Assembly: GCA_963705545.1 (NCBI GenBank)
Contig: CAVPJX010000002.1
Span: 109,468-173,467 of the forward strand
Reading direction: 5' to 3'
From: an uncultured Actinomycetes bacterium
GTDB lineage: Bacteria; Actinomycetota; UBA4738; HRBIN12
Length of the DNA: 64,000 nucleotides
Shown here: in pieces, positions 9,404 through 18,616 of the stretch
How the letters are laid out: every line of letters starts with the position of its first letter
How positions within the stretch are numbered: the first letter of the stretch is position 1
Made by a program: the position numbers and the translations under genes
Notes under the pieces: model-generated
What the model was told of the DNA's origin: nothing
Seen by the model: the letters and a program-made list of their open reading frames with translations, nothing else
The model's database searches: none

Positions 9404-10413
9404 TCGGGCTCGGCAACTTCTGGGGCACCGACGCAGCGCTCTACCTGGCGGTCGCCCTGGTCGCGCTGGCGGCCTTCCTGATGGGGTGGATGCTGCTGGG
9501 CACGGCGGCCCGCCGCAAGAAGGACCGCGAGACAGCCCAGCGCCTCGCGTCGATCAGCGGTCGCGGCGGCGGACAGCACGTCCCGCAGATGCCGATGGAC
9601 AAGGGTGCGGGGGGATGGATCCCCGCGAGCGTGACCCACTTCGGCCGGCGGTTCGCCGACAAGCGTGGGTTCTCCGAACGGCTCGACGCCGAGCTCGAGG
9701 CCGCGAGCGTCAGCCTCCGGTCGGGGGAGTTCGTCGTGGTCACCGTCGGCGCGGTGTTCGCCGGCGCGATCGTCGCGCTCGCGGTGTTCGGCAACCCGCT
9801 CTTCGCGCTCGTCGGCGGCGTGATCGGCGGACTCGCGCCGACCGCGGCCCTTCGGGTCGCGCTCAAGCGACGGGCCGAGAAGCTGCGTGAGCAGCTCCCC
9901 GACGTCCTGACGATCATGGCAAGCTCGCTCCGGGCCGGTCACAGCTTCCTCCAGGCCCTCGACACCGTCGCGCGCGAGATCGCGCAGCCGGCCGCGACCG
10001 AGTTCCAGCGGGTGGTCGCCGAGATCCGGCTGGGCCGCAGTGCCGAGGATGCGCTCGAGGCGCTCGCGGAGCGCGTCGGGAGCTCTGACTTCAAGTGGGC
10101 CGTGCTGGCGGTCAACATCCAGCGGGAGGTCGGCGGGAACCTGGCCGAGATCCTCGACAACGTGTCGGACACGCTGCGCGAGCGCGCGATGATGCGCCGT
10201 CAGGTCCGCGTCCTCACGTCCGAGGGACGTCTGTCGGCGTGGGTGCTGACCCTGCTGCCGATCGGTATCGCCTTCTACCTGTTCGCGATGAGCCCCGACT
10301 ACATCGGGCTGCTCTTCAGCACGACGATCGGGTACGTCATGTTGGGCGGCGCCCTGATCCTGTTGGTCGCGGGGGTCCTGTGGATGAGGAAGATCGTGAA
10401 CATCGATGTCTGA
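9400..10413 (+). CDS. tadB: Flp pilus assembly membrane protein TadB (T2SS-F domain)
   Basis: 337 aa, polytopic. The GTG start overlaps the cpaF stop (GTGA). T2SSF-like region: ...LPDVLTIMASSLRAGHSFLQAL... Confidence 0.85.
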   Translation: MIGLGNFWGTDAALYLAVALVALAAFLMGWMLLGTAARRKKDRETAQRLASISGRGGGQHVPQMPMDKGAGGWIPASVTHFGRRFADKRGFSERLDAELEAASVSLRSGEFVVVTVGAVFAGAIVALAVFGNPLFALVGGVIGGLAPTAALRVALKRRAEKLREQLPDVLTIMASSLRAGHSFLQALDTVAREIAQPAATEFQRVVAEIRLGRSAEDALEALAERVGSSDFKWAVLAVNIQREVGGNLAEILDNVSDTLRERAMMRRQVRVLTSEGRLSAWVLTLLPIGIAFYLFAMSPDYIGLLFSTTIGYVMLGGALILLVAGVLWMRKIVNIDV

Positions 10414-11350
10414 GCTCTGGCTGATCGTCGCCGTCGCGTCCGTCTTCGGGGCCGCCCTGTTGATCGGGCTCGCCATGGACCAATCGACCTCGCAGCGCAA
10501 GCGAACCGTCCGCCTGCTCGAGTCGCAGGTGAGCGGGTCTACGACGACCGACTCGACGAACCTGCGGGACCGGGAGATGCAGCGCGGCTTCGGCGAGCGC
10601 GTCCTCATCCCCGTGGTCGGAGGCGCCACCCGCATCGCCCGTCGCGTGACGCCCCTCGATGCGCGCGACCGGATCGCCAAGAAGCTGTTGCTCGCCGGGA
10701 GCCCGCCGGGCTGGGACGCCGAGCGCATCCTCGCGTTCAAGATCATCGGGTGCGTCGGGGCGTTCATCGCCGGGCTCTTCGTCAGCAAGCTGATCGGCCT
10801 GACCGGCTTCACCGGGATCATCGTGATCGGCCTGCTCACGGTCGCGGGGTTCCTGCTCCCCGACTCGGCCCTCTCGCGCAAGGTCGAGGAGCGCCAGCAC
10901 GAGATCCTCGGCACCCTGTCGGACACGCTCGACCTGCTCACGATCAGCGTCGAGGCGGGGCTGTCGCTGAACGCCGCGATCGCGCAGGTCGTCCAGAACG
11001 TTCCCGGCACGCTCTCGTCGGAGTTCGCGCGGATGCTCCAGGAGATCCAGCTGGGCGTGCCGCGGTCCGAGGCGTTCCGTCATCTGGCGGAGCGGACCGA
11101 CGTCGAGGAACTGAACGCCTTCGCGCTGGCCATGATCCAAGCGGACGTCTTCGGCGTCTCGATCGCGAGCGTCCTTCGGACCCAGGCCCAGCAGCTGCGG
11201 ATCAAGCGCCGACAGCGGGCAGAGGCCCGGGCGCAGCAGACGCCGGTCAAGATCGTGTTCCCGCTGATCCTGTGCATCCTGCCGGCCCTGTTCGTCGTGA
11301 TCATCGGGCCCGGCGTGATCCGGATCATGGATCAGATCCTGAGCACCTAG
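10406..11350 (+). CDS. tadC: Flp pilus assembly membrane protein TadC (T2SS-F domain)
   Basis: 314 aa. The start overlaps the tadB stop. ...LSDTLDLLTISVEAGLSLNAAIAQVVQN... is T2SSF-like. Confidence 0.85.
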   Translation: MSELWLIVAVASVFGAALLIGLAMDQSTSQRKRTVRLLESQVSGSTTTDSTNLRDREMQRGFGERVLIPVVGGATRIARRVTPLDARDRIAKKLLLAGSPPGWDAERILAFKIIGCVGAFIAGLFVSKLIGLTGFTGIIVIGLLTVAGFLLPDSALSRKVEERQHEILGTLSDTLDLLTISVEAGLSLNAAIAQVVQNVPGTLSSEFARMLQEIQLGVPRSEAFRHLAERTDVEELNAFALAMIQADVFGVSIASVLRTQAQQLRIKRRQRAEARAQQTPVKIVFPLILCILPALFVVIIGPGVIRIMDQILST

Positions 11351-11440
11351 ACCCGACCGGACCGTCCGGACCCGACCCGTCCCAGGGACCTACTCGGGTC
11401 GGCGCTCAAGGTGGGTTCCCGCCGTGCCGACACCTGAGGC

Positions 11441-11593
11441 ATGCGGACCGAGCGCACGCTCGAGAGGATCCTCGGAGCCTTCGCCGAGGCCGTCGAGGCC
11501 GGCGAGTTCGAGGCGGCCGAGGGTTGGGTCGCCGTCGCCGACTGGGTTCGGACCCGGTCCACGGCTCCCGCGTTCGCTCCGGCCTCGCGTTGA
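11441..11593 (+). CDS. small acidic hypothetical ORF (about 50 aa) downstream of tadC
   Basis: ATG...TGA ORF read by eye (MRTERTLERILGAFAEAVEAGEFEAAEGWVAVADWVRTRSTAPAFAPASR). It is not in the supplied track (too short). Coordinates are approximate and no family was recognised. Confidence 0.2.
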   Translation: MRTERTLERILGAFAEAVEAGEFEAAEGWVAVADWVRTRSTAPAFAPASR

Positions 11594-11797
11594 CCTCGGG
11601 TCCTCCCGGCTCGACCGCGCTCGGATCGCCAGGTCCCTCCCGGCTCGACCGCGTCTGACCTGCCCAGATCACCCGAGGCCGTCGGCGACGGACGTAGGTC
11701 TTCGGTCGCATTGCGGCGTCCCCCTCTCATGCCCTACACTCGCCCCGTCCGGGTAGGCTGTTCGTGCTACCCGGAAGGTCGAGAGGAAGGTGTGCTG

Positions 11798-12040
11798 ATG
11801 AAGCGGATCGGTTTCGCAGTAGCCACCGCGATCTCGTTCGTGCTGTGCGTGGCCGCCCCCGCGTTCGCCCAGTCCGTGGAGCCGAACGGGCCGGACGTCG
11901 AGGGGACGGGCGGTTCGGCTGGGGGCACGGCCTTCACCGGCGCCAACGTGTCGAGGAGCCTGCTCCTGCTGGCGGTCTTGATCGTCATCGGGACGCTCGC
12001 CCTGTACGTCGGCCGTCGCCGGTCGCACGTCGCCAGCTGA
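11798..12040 (+). CDS. small secreted protein with a signal peptide and a C-terminal TM anchor plus basic tail
   Basis: 80 aa. MKRIGFAVATAISFVLCVAAPAFA/QS... has a Gly-rich middle and ends ...SLLLLAVLIVIGTLALYVGRRRSHVAS. The RBS GAGGAAGGTG precedes the ATG. This is an internal start of ORF 11711..12040. Confidence 0.45.
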   Translation: MKRIGFAVATAISFVLCVAAPAFAQSVEPNGPDVEGTGGSAGGTAFTGANVSRSLLLLAVLIVIGTLALYVGRRRSHVAS

Positions 12041-12133
12041 CGCGACACGGACCAGATCGTGCTTCCGACCCCCCATCGGGGGGTCGGTTCGCGTCCGGGT
12101 CCGTTCCGTTCCGTTCGGCAGGGTAACCGTCGT

Positions 12134-14119
12134 TCAGAATGGGCGCGTCAGGTCCCGCCAGAGGCGCACCGGCAGCGACGGCGCGAACGAGACCTCCAGG
12201 TCGAGGTTCCCGTTCGGCACACCTTCGTATACGACCTTCCCGCCCTCGACCCTGAGCCCGGCGCTCAGCGCCGTCGCGTGCATCCCGTCGGGGAGCGTGA
12301 TCGCCACCCGGAGCTCGGCGGGGTCGATCGTGACCTGGTCGACGAAGCTCAGCCGGTAGGTGCCGCCGCTCGAGGTGCCGTCCCACGCCCGGATCAGGAA
12401 CAGGCTCGCCTCGACGACCGACGTGTCGCCGGCGGCCGTGTGGACGTAGTCGTCGAAGTAGGGGTGCCCGTCCTGCTCGAACCGGTCCAGGTCGACCGGG
12501 CGGCCGTCGCGCGTGCCCGCGCGCAGCACCGCGCTCTCGTCGGTGTACAGGTGGACGACGGCTAGGTTGTCGCCCGGGTTCTCCGTGTAGCCGGGGTACG
12601 GACCGATCACGTACTTCGGGAACCCTGAGGTGGGCGCGTCGTTCTCGATCGAGGCCGACAACGTCGCGCGTGCGGTCCCGCCCTCGTCCAGCGCGACGTC
12701 GTAGGCGATCATCCGGCGTTGGAAGAAGTCGAGCTTCGTCCCCGAGCCGCTGTTCGTGATCAACGCGATCGCGTCGGTGCCGTCGGGTCGGAACGCGCCG
12801 CCGGCCCCGGTGAGCGCGAGCCCCTCTTGCATGTCGGGATCGGTGGTCCAGACCTTGACGTGGCCGTCGTCGAACGCGCGCAGGAGAGCGCGCTGTCGCA
12901 TCAGGTCGTCGCCCGAGGTCGCGAGGAACCGGGCCAGCACGTCGGCGGCCACCTCGCCGAGGACGGCCTTGCGCTCCTCGTTCGTGTCGAACAGGGCGTA
13001 GGCTTCGTTCGAGACGAAGCGGACGATCCGGTCGGGCGCGACCCGCACGCCGGCGCTGCGGACCTCCACCGGTCCCGTCACGCGCATCAGGGCCTGCAGC
13101 GCGAACGGGTCCGCGACGATCACGCCGTCCAGGGGTTCGCCGGTGGCTTCCTCGTACGACATCGCGATCGTCCCGGCGGCGAGCGGGAAGTCGGGCGTCA
13201 TGTTGGTGTTCAGCCAGAAGTGGACCGCCTCCCAGTAGAAGCCGGCGTTGTCGATGTACTCCTGCGACGGGGAGCGCCAAGTGCTCTCGTTCAACTCGGG
13301 CAGGCTCTGCACCGGGCGGAAGTCCGAGAACGAAAGGGCCCCGTCATCGATCGTGAGGATCGCGTACGCCCCGATCAGCCCACCCGTCCCGCGCTCCTCG
13401 GCCGGGTTCGCGGCCCCGAAGAAGTACCGCTTCGGGCCGTCCTCGCCCAGGAACGCCGGGAGTCCGCGCAGGATCGCGGCGCCAGCCTCCAGCTGGCGGG
13501 CGAGCGGCTCGATCGCCTCCAGGGCCTCAGCGCGGGCCGACGCGACCGGGCCGAGCACCAGGGTGGACGCGCTCCGTTCGAGCCCAGCGAGCGCCTGGTC
13601 GGCGAGCTCCGAGGCCGATCCGACGGCGGTCGCCAGCCCGACCAGGGGCTCGAGCGGGATCGCCCCGTCTCGCGGGGCGAGGCCACCGAGGCCGCCCGGG
13701 ACCTCGCCGAGCGCCGACGCGATCGTGGCGGCCGCGTCCGCGGTTCGGACGCCCGCGTCCGAGATCGCGCGCACGGTATCGGGCGTCCGTCCGAGCACCG
13801 GGATCGCGGCTGCGAGCGCGTACCAGGGGGTCCGGGCGTCGCCGGCCGCGGCTCGGAACTCACGGCCCGCATCCTGGAACGCCGTGGCCGCCCCGTCGAC
13901 GTCGCCGTCGCGCAGCGCGGTCTTGCCCGTCTCGAGCGCGTCGCGCCCGGACTGGAGGTGGCGGCGGGCCGCGAGGGAGCCGATCCCGACCAGCACGAGG
14001 TCCAGCACGAGGACCGTCACGAGCGCCCCGAGGATCAGCCAGACGACGCGACGACGGGGACGACGCCGAGGCTCGATCGGCGGGGCGTCCGGACGCGGTT
14101 CGGTCGTGGTGGTGTCCAT
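12134..14119 (-). CDS. membrane-anchored large extracytoplasmic protein (DUF4012-like, tentative)
   Basis: Start chosen at MDTTTTEP (residue 64 of ORF 12134..14308). It has a single N-terminal TM helix (VVWLILGALVTVLVLDLVLVGI) followed by about 600 aa. The family assignment is from memory only. Confidence 0.55.
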   Translation of the reverse strand: MDTTTTEPRPDAPPIEPRRRPRRRVVWLILGALVTVLVLDLVLVGIGSLAARRHLQSGRDALETGKTALRDGDVDGAATAFQDAGREFRAAAGDARTPWYALAAAIPVLGRTPDTVRAISDAGVRTADAAATIASALGEVPGGLGGLAPRDGAIPLEPLVGLATAVGSASELADQALAGLERSASTLVLGPVASARAEALEAIEPLARQLEAGAAILRGLPAFLGEDGPKRYFFGAANPAEERGTGGLIGAYAILTIDDGALSFSDFRPVQSLPELNESTWRSPSQEYIDNAGFYWEAVHFWLNTNMTPDFPLAAGTIAMSYEEATGEPLDGVIVADPFALQALMRVTGPVEVRSAGVRVAPDRIVRFVSNEAYALFDTNEERKAVLGEVAADVLARFLATSGDDLMRQRALLRAFDDGHVKVWTTDPDMQEGLALTGAGGAFRPDGTDAIALITNSGSGTKLDFFQRRMIAYDVALDEGGTARATLSASIENDAPTSGFPKYVIGPYPGYTENPGDNLAVVHLYTDESAVLRAGTRDGRPVDLDRFEQDGHPYFDDYVHTAAGDTSVVEASLFLIRAWDGTSSGGTYRLSFVDQVTIDPAELRVAITLPDGMHATALSAGLRVEGGKVVYEGVPNGNLDLEVSFAPSLPVRLWRDLTRPF

Positions 14120-14229
14120 GGCATGGGGGAGGCGCGCCGGTCGTGACCGGATGCGTTCCACGGTAACAGCCCTAGTGATGGGCGTGGGAGCGGCGGTTCG
14201 GCGCCGGGGCGCTGTTACCCTGCGAGCCC

Positions 14230-15051
14230 ATGAGGGTCGCCTACCAGGGGGAACCCGGCGCCTATAGCGAACGTGCGGTCGCCGCCGCCTTCCCCGACGC
14301 GGAGCCACTGCCGTGCGAGACGGTGCGGCTGGTGTTCTCGCGCGTGACGAGCGGCGAGGCGGCGTTCGGCGTCGTTCCGCTCGAGAACTCCCAGGCGGGC
14401 TCGGTCAACGAGACCTACGACCTGCTGTTGAACACGAGCCTGCTGCGGATGGTGGGGGAGGTGCTCGTCCGGGTCGACCACGCCCTGCTCGGCGTGCCCG
14501 GGGCTCGCCTCGAGGACGTTCGCCGAGCCCACTCGCACTGGCAGGCGCTCGCCCAGTGCGAGGAGTTCCTGGCGTCCCTGCGGATCGAGCCGGTCCCGGT
14601 CCACGACACGGCCGGGGCGGCGAGGATGATCGCGGAGACCGGCAACCGCGAGGACGCCGCGATCGCGAGCGTCGAGGCCGGGAGCCTCGCCGGGCTCGCC
14701 GTGCTGTCGGAGCGGATCCAGACGGAGAAGGAGAACCTCACGAAGTTCTCGGTGATCGGGACGGCGGATCCCGGCCTCGGACCGGCCGACAAGACCTCGC
14801 TCGTGATGGCGGTACTCGACCAGCCGGGCTCGCTCCTGGGCGCGCTGGAGCCGTTCGCGGATCGCGGCATCAACCTGCACAAGATCGAATCGCGCCCGCT
14901 CCGTGGCAAGCCGTTCGAGTACCTGATGTACGTCGACATCATGGCCTCGGCCGAAACGGATCCCGTCCGGGACGCGCTCGAGGAAGTGCGCGGGCACACC
15001 TCGCTCCTGCGCGTGCTGGGCACGTACGCGTCGGCGAGCGACCCGGGCTAG
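14230..15051 (+). CDS. pheA: prephenate dehydratase
   Basis: 273 aa. MRVAYQGEPGAYSE... is the PDT domain. The C-terminal ACT domain reads ...TSLVMAVLDQPGSLLGALEPFADRGINLHKIESRP. Confidence 0.9.
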   Translation: MRVAYQGEPGAYSERAVAAAFPDAEPLPCETVRLVFSRVTSGEAAFGVVPLENSQAGSVNETYDLLLNTSLLRMVGEVLVRVDHALLGVPGARLEDVRRAHSHWQALAQCEEFLASLRIEPVPVHDTAGAARMIAETGNREDAAIASVEAGSLAGLAVLSERIQTEKENLTKFSVIGTADPGLGPADKTSLVMAVLDQPGSLLGALEPFADRGINLHKIESRPLRGKPFEYLMYVDIMASAETDPVRDALEEVRGHTSLLRVLGTYASASDPG

Positions 15052-15055
15052 GCGC

Positions 15056-16615
15056 GTGCCCTCGGGCCGGCACGCCGTCCGATCGCGCGTCCCGTTCCCG
15101 GTGCTCCTCGGCGTCCTGGCCGTCCTGTTGATCGTGGCCGCCGTCGTCCAGGCGACCCTCGGCGCGGGTGCGGACGGCGGATCGGCCGCCCGAACGCCCT
15201 CGGACATCGGATCCGCCACGGCACCCTCGTCGCCGACCGTGAGCGACGCGCCTTCGCAGACGCCGACCGCCTCGCCCACGCCGGGGCCGATCAACACGGC
15301 GTTCGCCGGGATCACGACCTTCCGCGGAAACGCGACGCGGAGCTACCACGGCGAGGGTCCGATGCCGCGCGATCCGGTGATCCGGTGGACCTACCCGGCG
15401 AGCGGTGGCATGTGCTCGACGTCCGCGGACCAGCACGGCGCTCGCACCTGGTGCGGCACCGGCTGGACCGGCCAGCCGAACGTGGTCGTCGGCGACGACG
15501 GTCGCTGGGAGCTGCGCGTCGGAGCCTACGACGGTGCCTATCACTTCCTGAACGCGCGGCTGGGTCGCGCGACGCGGCCCGCGTTGCAGACCGGCGACCT
15601 GGCGAAGGGGTCGGCGACCACGGACCCCGACGGCTACCCCCTGTACTACGGCGGATCGCGGGACGACCTGTTCCGGATCGTCGCGCTCGACCGCCCGCAG
15701 CCCACGGTGCTCTACACGATCGACGCCGACACGACCGTGCCGCGTCCGATGTGGAACAACGACTGGGACGGCGCCGCGCTGGTGATCGACGACTACCTGT
15801 TGGAGGGTGGCGAGAACGGCTGGCTCTACGTGGTGCGCCTCAACCGCGGGTACGACACCGACGGGCTGGTCACGGTCGATCCGGCGATCGTCGCCACGAT
15901 CCCCGGGTTCGACGAACGGCTCCTGTCCGACATCGGCGACGACGACGTCTCGATCGAGAACTCCGTCTCGTTCCACGATGGGATCGTCTACTTCGCGAAC
16001 TCCGGCGGGCTGGTGCAGGGGTGGGACGTGTCCGAGCTGCTCGCCGGCGGCACGGGGTACCGCCGCGTCTTCCGGTTCTGGACGGGCGACGATACCGACG
16101 CGTCGGTCGTGATCGACGACGCGGGGTTCCTGTACGTCGCGAGCGAATACCAGCGGTTCAACGAGCGGAGCCGGGAGGTCGGGCAGCTGATGAAGCTCGA
16201 CCCGTCGCGGCCGAAGGACCCCCTCGTGTGGGGGATCCCGGCCACCGAGATCGGGTTCGAGGGCGCCGGCGGGAGCTGGTCCACCCCGGCGCTCAACGGG
16301 GACCTCGTCTACTTCACGACCGCCGCGGGCCGGGTGCTCGCCGTCGACCGGGACTCCGGCCGGATCGTGTGGGAGCTCCGGATCGGTGCCCCCGCGATCG
16401 CCTCGCCCGTGGTCGTGGACGACGTCCTGATCCAAGGCGACTGCACCGGGTCGCTCTACGCCTGGGACGTGTCGAGGCCGCGGATCGAGCCGCCACCGCT
16501 CTGGAAGATGACCTTCTCGGGATGCGTCGAGTCCACGCCCGCCGTCTGGCACGGCTGGCTCTTCGTCGGGACCCGCGCCGGGGCCGTGTACGGCGTGAGC
16601 GATCGACCGGGCTAG
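15056..16615 (+). CDS. membrane-anchored PQQ-like beta-propeller repeat protein
   Basis: 519 aa. N-terminal TM (VPFPVLLGVLAVLLIVAAVV), a Ser/Pro/Thr-rich linker, and repeated ...GxxVWxxxxG... propeller blades (GRIVWELRIGAPAIASPVVVDD, LVYFTTAAGRVLAVD). Confidence 0.65.
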   Translation: MPSGRHAVRSRVPFPVLLGVLAVLLIVAAVVQATLGAGADGGSAARTPSDIGSATAPSSPTVSDAPSQTPTASPTPGPINTAFAGITTFRGNATRSYHGEGPMPRDPVIRWTYPASGGMCSTSADQHGARTWCGTGWTGQPNVVVGDDGRWELRVGAYDGAYHFLNARLGRATRPALQTGDLAKGSATTDPDGYPLYYGGSRDDLFRIVALDRPQPTVLYTIDADTTVPRPMWNNDWDGAALVIDDYLLEGGENGWLYVVRLNRGYDTDGLVTVDPAIVATIPGFDERLLSDIGDDDVSIENSVSFHDGIVYFANSGGLVQGWDVSELLAGGTGYRRVFRFWTGDDTDASVVIDDAGFLYVASEYQRFNERSREVGQLMKLDPSRPKDPLVWGIPATEIGFEGAGGSWSTPALNGDLVYFTTAAGRVLAVDRDSGRIVWELRIGAPAIASPVVVDDVLIQGDCTGSLYAWDVSRPRIEPPPLWKMTFSGCVESTPAVWHGWLFVGTRAGAVYGVSDRPG

Positions 16616-17559
16616 AGGCCGGGCAGCTGGAAGCGGTCGCGGAGCTCCGCGGTGTGCCAGGCCACCAGGGCGATCCCGATCGCGACGAGCCCGCCGAACC
16701 CGAGGATCAAGATCGCTCTGCGTGTCGACCGGGAGCCGACACCCTCGGCGGCGAACCCGGCGACGAGCCCGGCGATGAACCCGCCGATATGCGCCCGATA
16801 GTCGATCCCCGGGATCGTGAACGCGAGGATCATGTTGATCAGCACGAGCGTCACGGCCCCACGCAACCTGGCAGCCGCGAGCGCCAGGTGGCGCCGCCGG
16901 TAGTTGTAGGTCACGAAGGCGCCGAACACGCCGAAGATCGCCCCCGACGCCCCGACGCCGACGGCGTTCGGGCCGAACGCGTAGGAGGCGGCGCTGGCGA
17001 CGAACCCGGTGACGAAGAAGATCAGGACGAACCGAAGGCTCCCGAGCTCGTCCTCGACCACGCGTCCGAAGATCCAGAGCGCGTACGCGTTGAAGGCGAT
17101 GTGCAAGATCCCGGCGTGCAGGAAGATCGCCGTGATCAGGCGCCAGTTCTGGCCGGCGGCGATCCCGATCAGCCCGCCGTCGGACGCCTGCGCGAGCGCG
17201 ACCGAGGCGCCGAGGTCGACGAGCGTCTGCGCCGAAGGCCCCGACATCAGCGAGCCGGGCCCCCCGGCGACGATCTCGACGACGTACATCGTGCCCATCA
17301 GCCCGAGCAGGATCGACGTCGCCGAGAGGCCGCGCTTGATGTTCGCCGCGGCCACCCTCCGCCCGGGCCCCTGGCGGAACTCGCGGCGGGCGTCGTTCAC
17401 GCACGACGGGCATTGATGGCCGACCGGCGCCGGGATCATGCAGTTCGTGCAGATCGGACGGCCGCACCGCGTGCAGTGAACGCCGGTCTCGACGTCGGGG
17501 TGCCGGTAGCAACGTTCGGTCGTCGGCGGGGGAGGTGGGAGCGTCTGCGGCTCGTCCAT
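16612..17559 (-). CDS. rhomboid family intramembrane serine protease with an N-terminal zinc-ribbon
   Basis: Start at MDEPQTL (residue 121 of ORF 16612..17919). Features CYRHPDVETGVHCTRCGRPICTNC, rhomboid TM helices with GASGAIFGVFGA (catalytic Ser) and ...AHIGGFIAG (His). Confidence 0.75.
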   Translation of the reverse strand: MDEPQTLPPPPPTTERCYRHPDVETGVHCTRCGRPICTNCMIPAPVGHQCPSCVNDARREFRQGPGRRVAAANIKRGLSATSILLGLMGTMYVVEIVAGGPGSLMSGPSAQTLVDLGASVALAQASDGGLIGIAAGQNWRLITAIFLHAGILHIAFNAYALWIFGRVVEDELGSLRFVLIFFVTGFVASAASYAFGPNAVGVGASGAIFGVFGAFVTYNYRRRHLALAAARLRGAVTLVLINMILAFTIPGIDYRAHIGGFIAGLVAGFAAEGVGSRSTRRAILILGFGGLVAIGIALVAWHTAELRDRFQLPGL

Positions 17560-17564
17560 GAGCG

Positions 17565-18554
17565 TCAGGCCGTCATGTCGGGGAGCGCCTGCAGCTCGGC
17601 GGCGACCTCGTCCGGGTCGAACAGCGGGCTCCAACGGTCGAGCACCGTTCCGTCCGCGCCGATCAGGAAGAGCCACGGCTCGGTCAGGTCCTTCGTCTGG
17701 TCGGGCCAGAGCCAGTCCGCGGCGGCCCGGTTGATCACGCTGTTCTGATAGTCGCGCCAGATCTCGACGTGGATGTAGACCGCCTTGTCGGGGTACGCCT
17801 CGGCGAGCTCGGCCAGCCCGTCGACCGAGGGGCCGCAGAACTGACTCGTGCAGTACAGCGGCGTCGCGAACAGCACGAGCGCGGCCCGGCGCTGCGCGAT
17901 CGCTCGGGCGATCGTCCATCGGTGGAGCTCCGGGTCGGGAACGGGCGCTCCGTCCTGGGCACGGGAGTCGATCGCCTGCGGCGGCGCGTCCGTGGAGTCC
18001 ATCGTCAGGTTCTTCGTGCGCAGGGCCTCATCGCCCGGTACCGGCAACGTCGGCTCAGCGGCGACCGTGAACGCGGTCTGGAGCTGCTGCGGACCCGAGC
18101 CCGGGATCTCGGCCGTCACCTCGACGGTCCACACGCCCGCCCGGTCGAAGGTGACGTCGTCGGCCTCGTAGACGCCGCGGACGTCGGCCGGATCCGAGAG
18201 GGCCGGGTTGCCCGAGCCGACGGGGGTGCCGGGAGCCGGCACGTACGACGCCGTCGAGACCGGTCCGGCGACCGGCTGACCCGAGCCGTCCTCCCCGAGG
18301 TAGGAGAACGCGAACTGAACCTGGCCGAAGGTGAGGAGCTGCGTGCCGTCCTGGGTGGTCGCGAACACCCCCGCCTGGACACGTTGCGGGGCGCCGGCGA
18401 ACAGGTCGGTCGTCGCGACCTCGGCCGCCAAGGTCGACGAGGTGCTCGCGGTGGGGACCGGCGCGGACCCCGGATCGTCCCCCCCGCTGCAAGCGGCGAG
18501 GAGCGAGAGGCCGACGACGAACACGAGGCCGGTACGGTGGGATCGGAAGGGCAT
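17565..18554 (-). CDS. lipoprotein with a C-terminal thioredoxin-like / thiol-disulfide oxidoreductase-like domain (tentative)
   Basis: Start at MPFRSHRTGLVFVVGLSLLAAC/SGG (lipobox). C-terminus reads ...LVLFATPLYCTSQFCGP... Confidence 0.55.
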   Translation of the reverse strand: MPFRSHRTGLVFVVGLSLLAACSGGDDPGSAPVPTASTSSTLAAEVATTDLFAGAPQRVQAGVFATTQDGTQLLTFGQVQFAFSYLGEDGSGQPVAGPVSTASYVPAPGTPVGSGNPALSDPADVRGVYEADDVTFDRAGVWTVEVTAEIPGSGPQQLQTAFTVAAEPTLPVPGDEALRTKNLTMDSTDAPPQAIDSRAQDGAPVPDPELHRWTIARAIAQRRAALVLFATPLYCTSQFCGPSVDGLAELAEAYPDKAVYIHVEIWRDYQNSVINRAAADWLWPDQTKDLTEPWLFLIGADGTVLDRWSPLFDPDEVAAELQALPDMTA

Positions 18555-18616
18555 CCCGCTCAGTCTCTCGCGTGGCGCGGTGGAACGTCCCGCCGTCCAG
18601 GCGGGCCTCGCCGAGG

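Noticed and set aside
6782-11010. Very long minus-strand ORFs (855 aa and 828 aa) antisense to cpaE/cpaF/tadB/tadC
   Set aside because: Open antisense frames are expected at about 70% GC because stop codons are rare. The translations are Arg/Asp/Gly-rich junk, whereas the sense strand encodes textbook Tad proteins.
14939-17748. 857-aa minus-strand and 787-aa plus-strand ORFs across pheA, the PQQ protein and the rhomboid gene
   Set aside because: Same high-GC antisense artefact. Real genes were identified in other frames.
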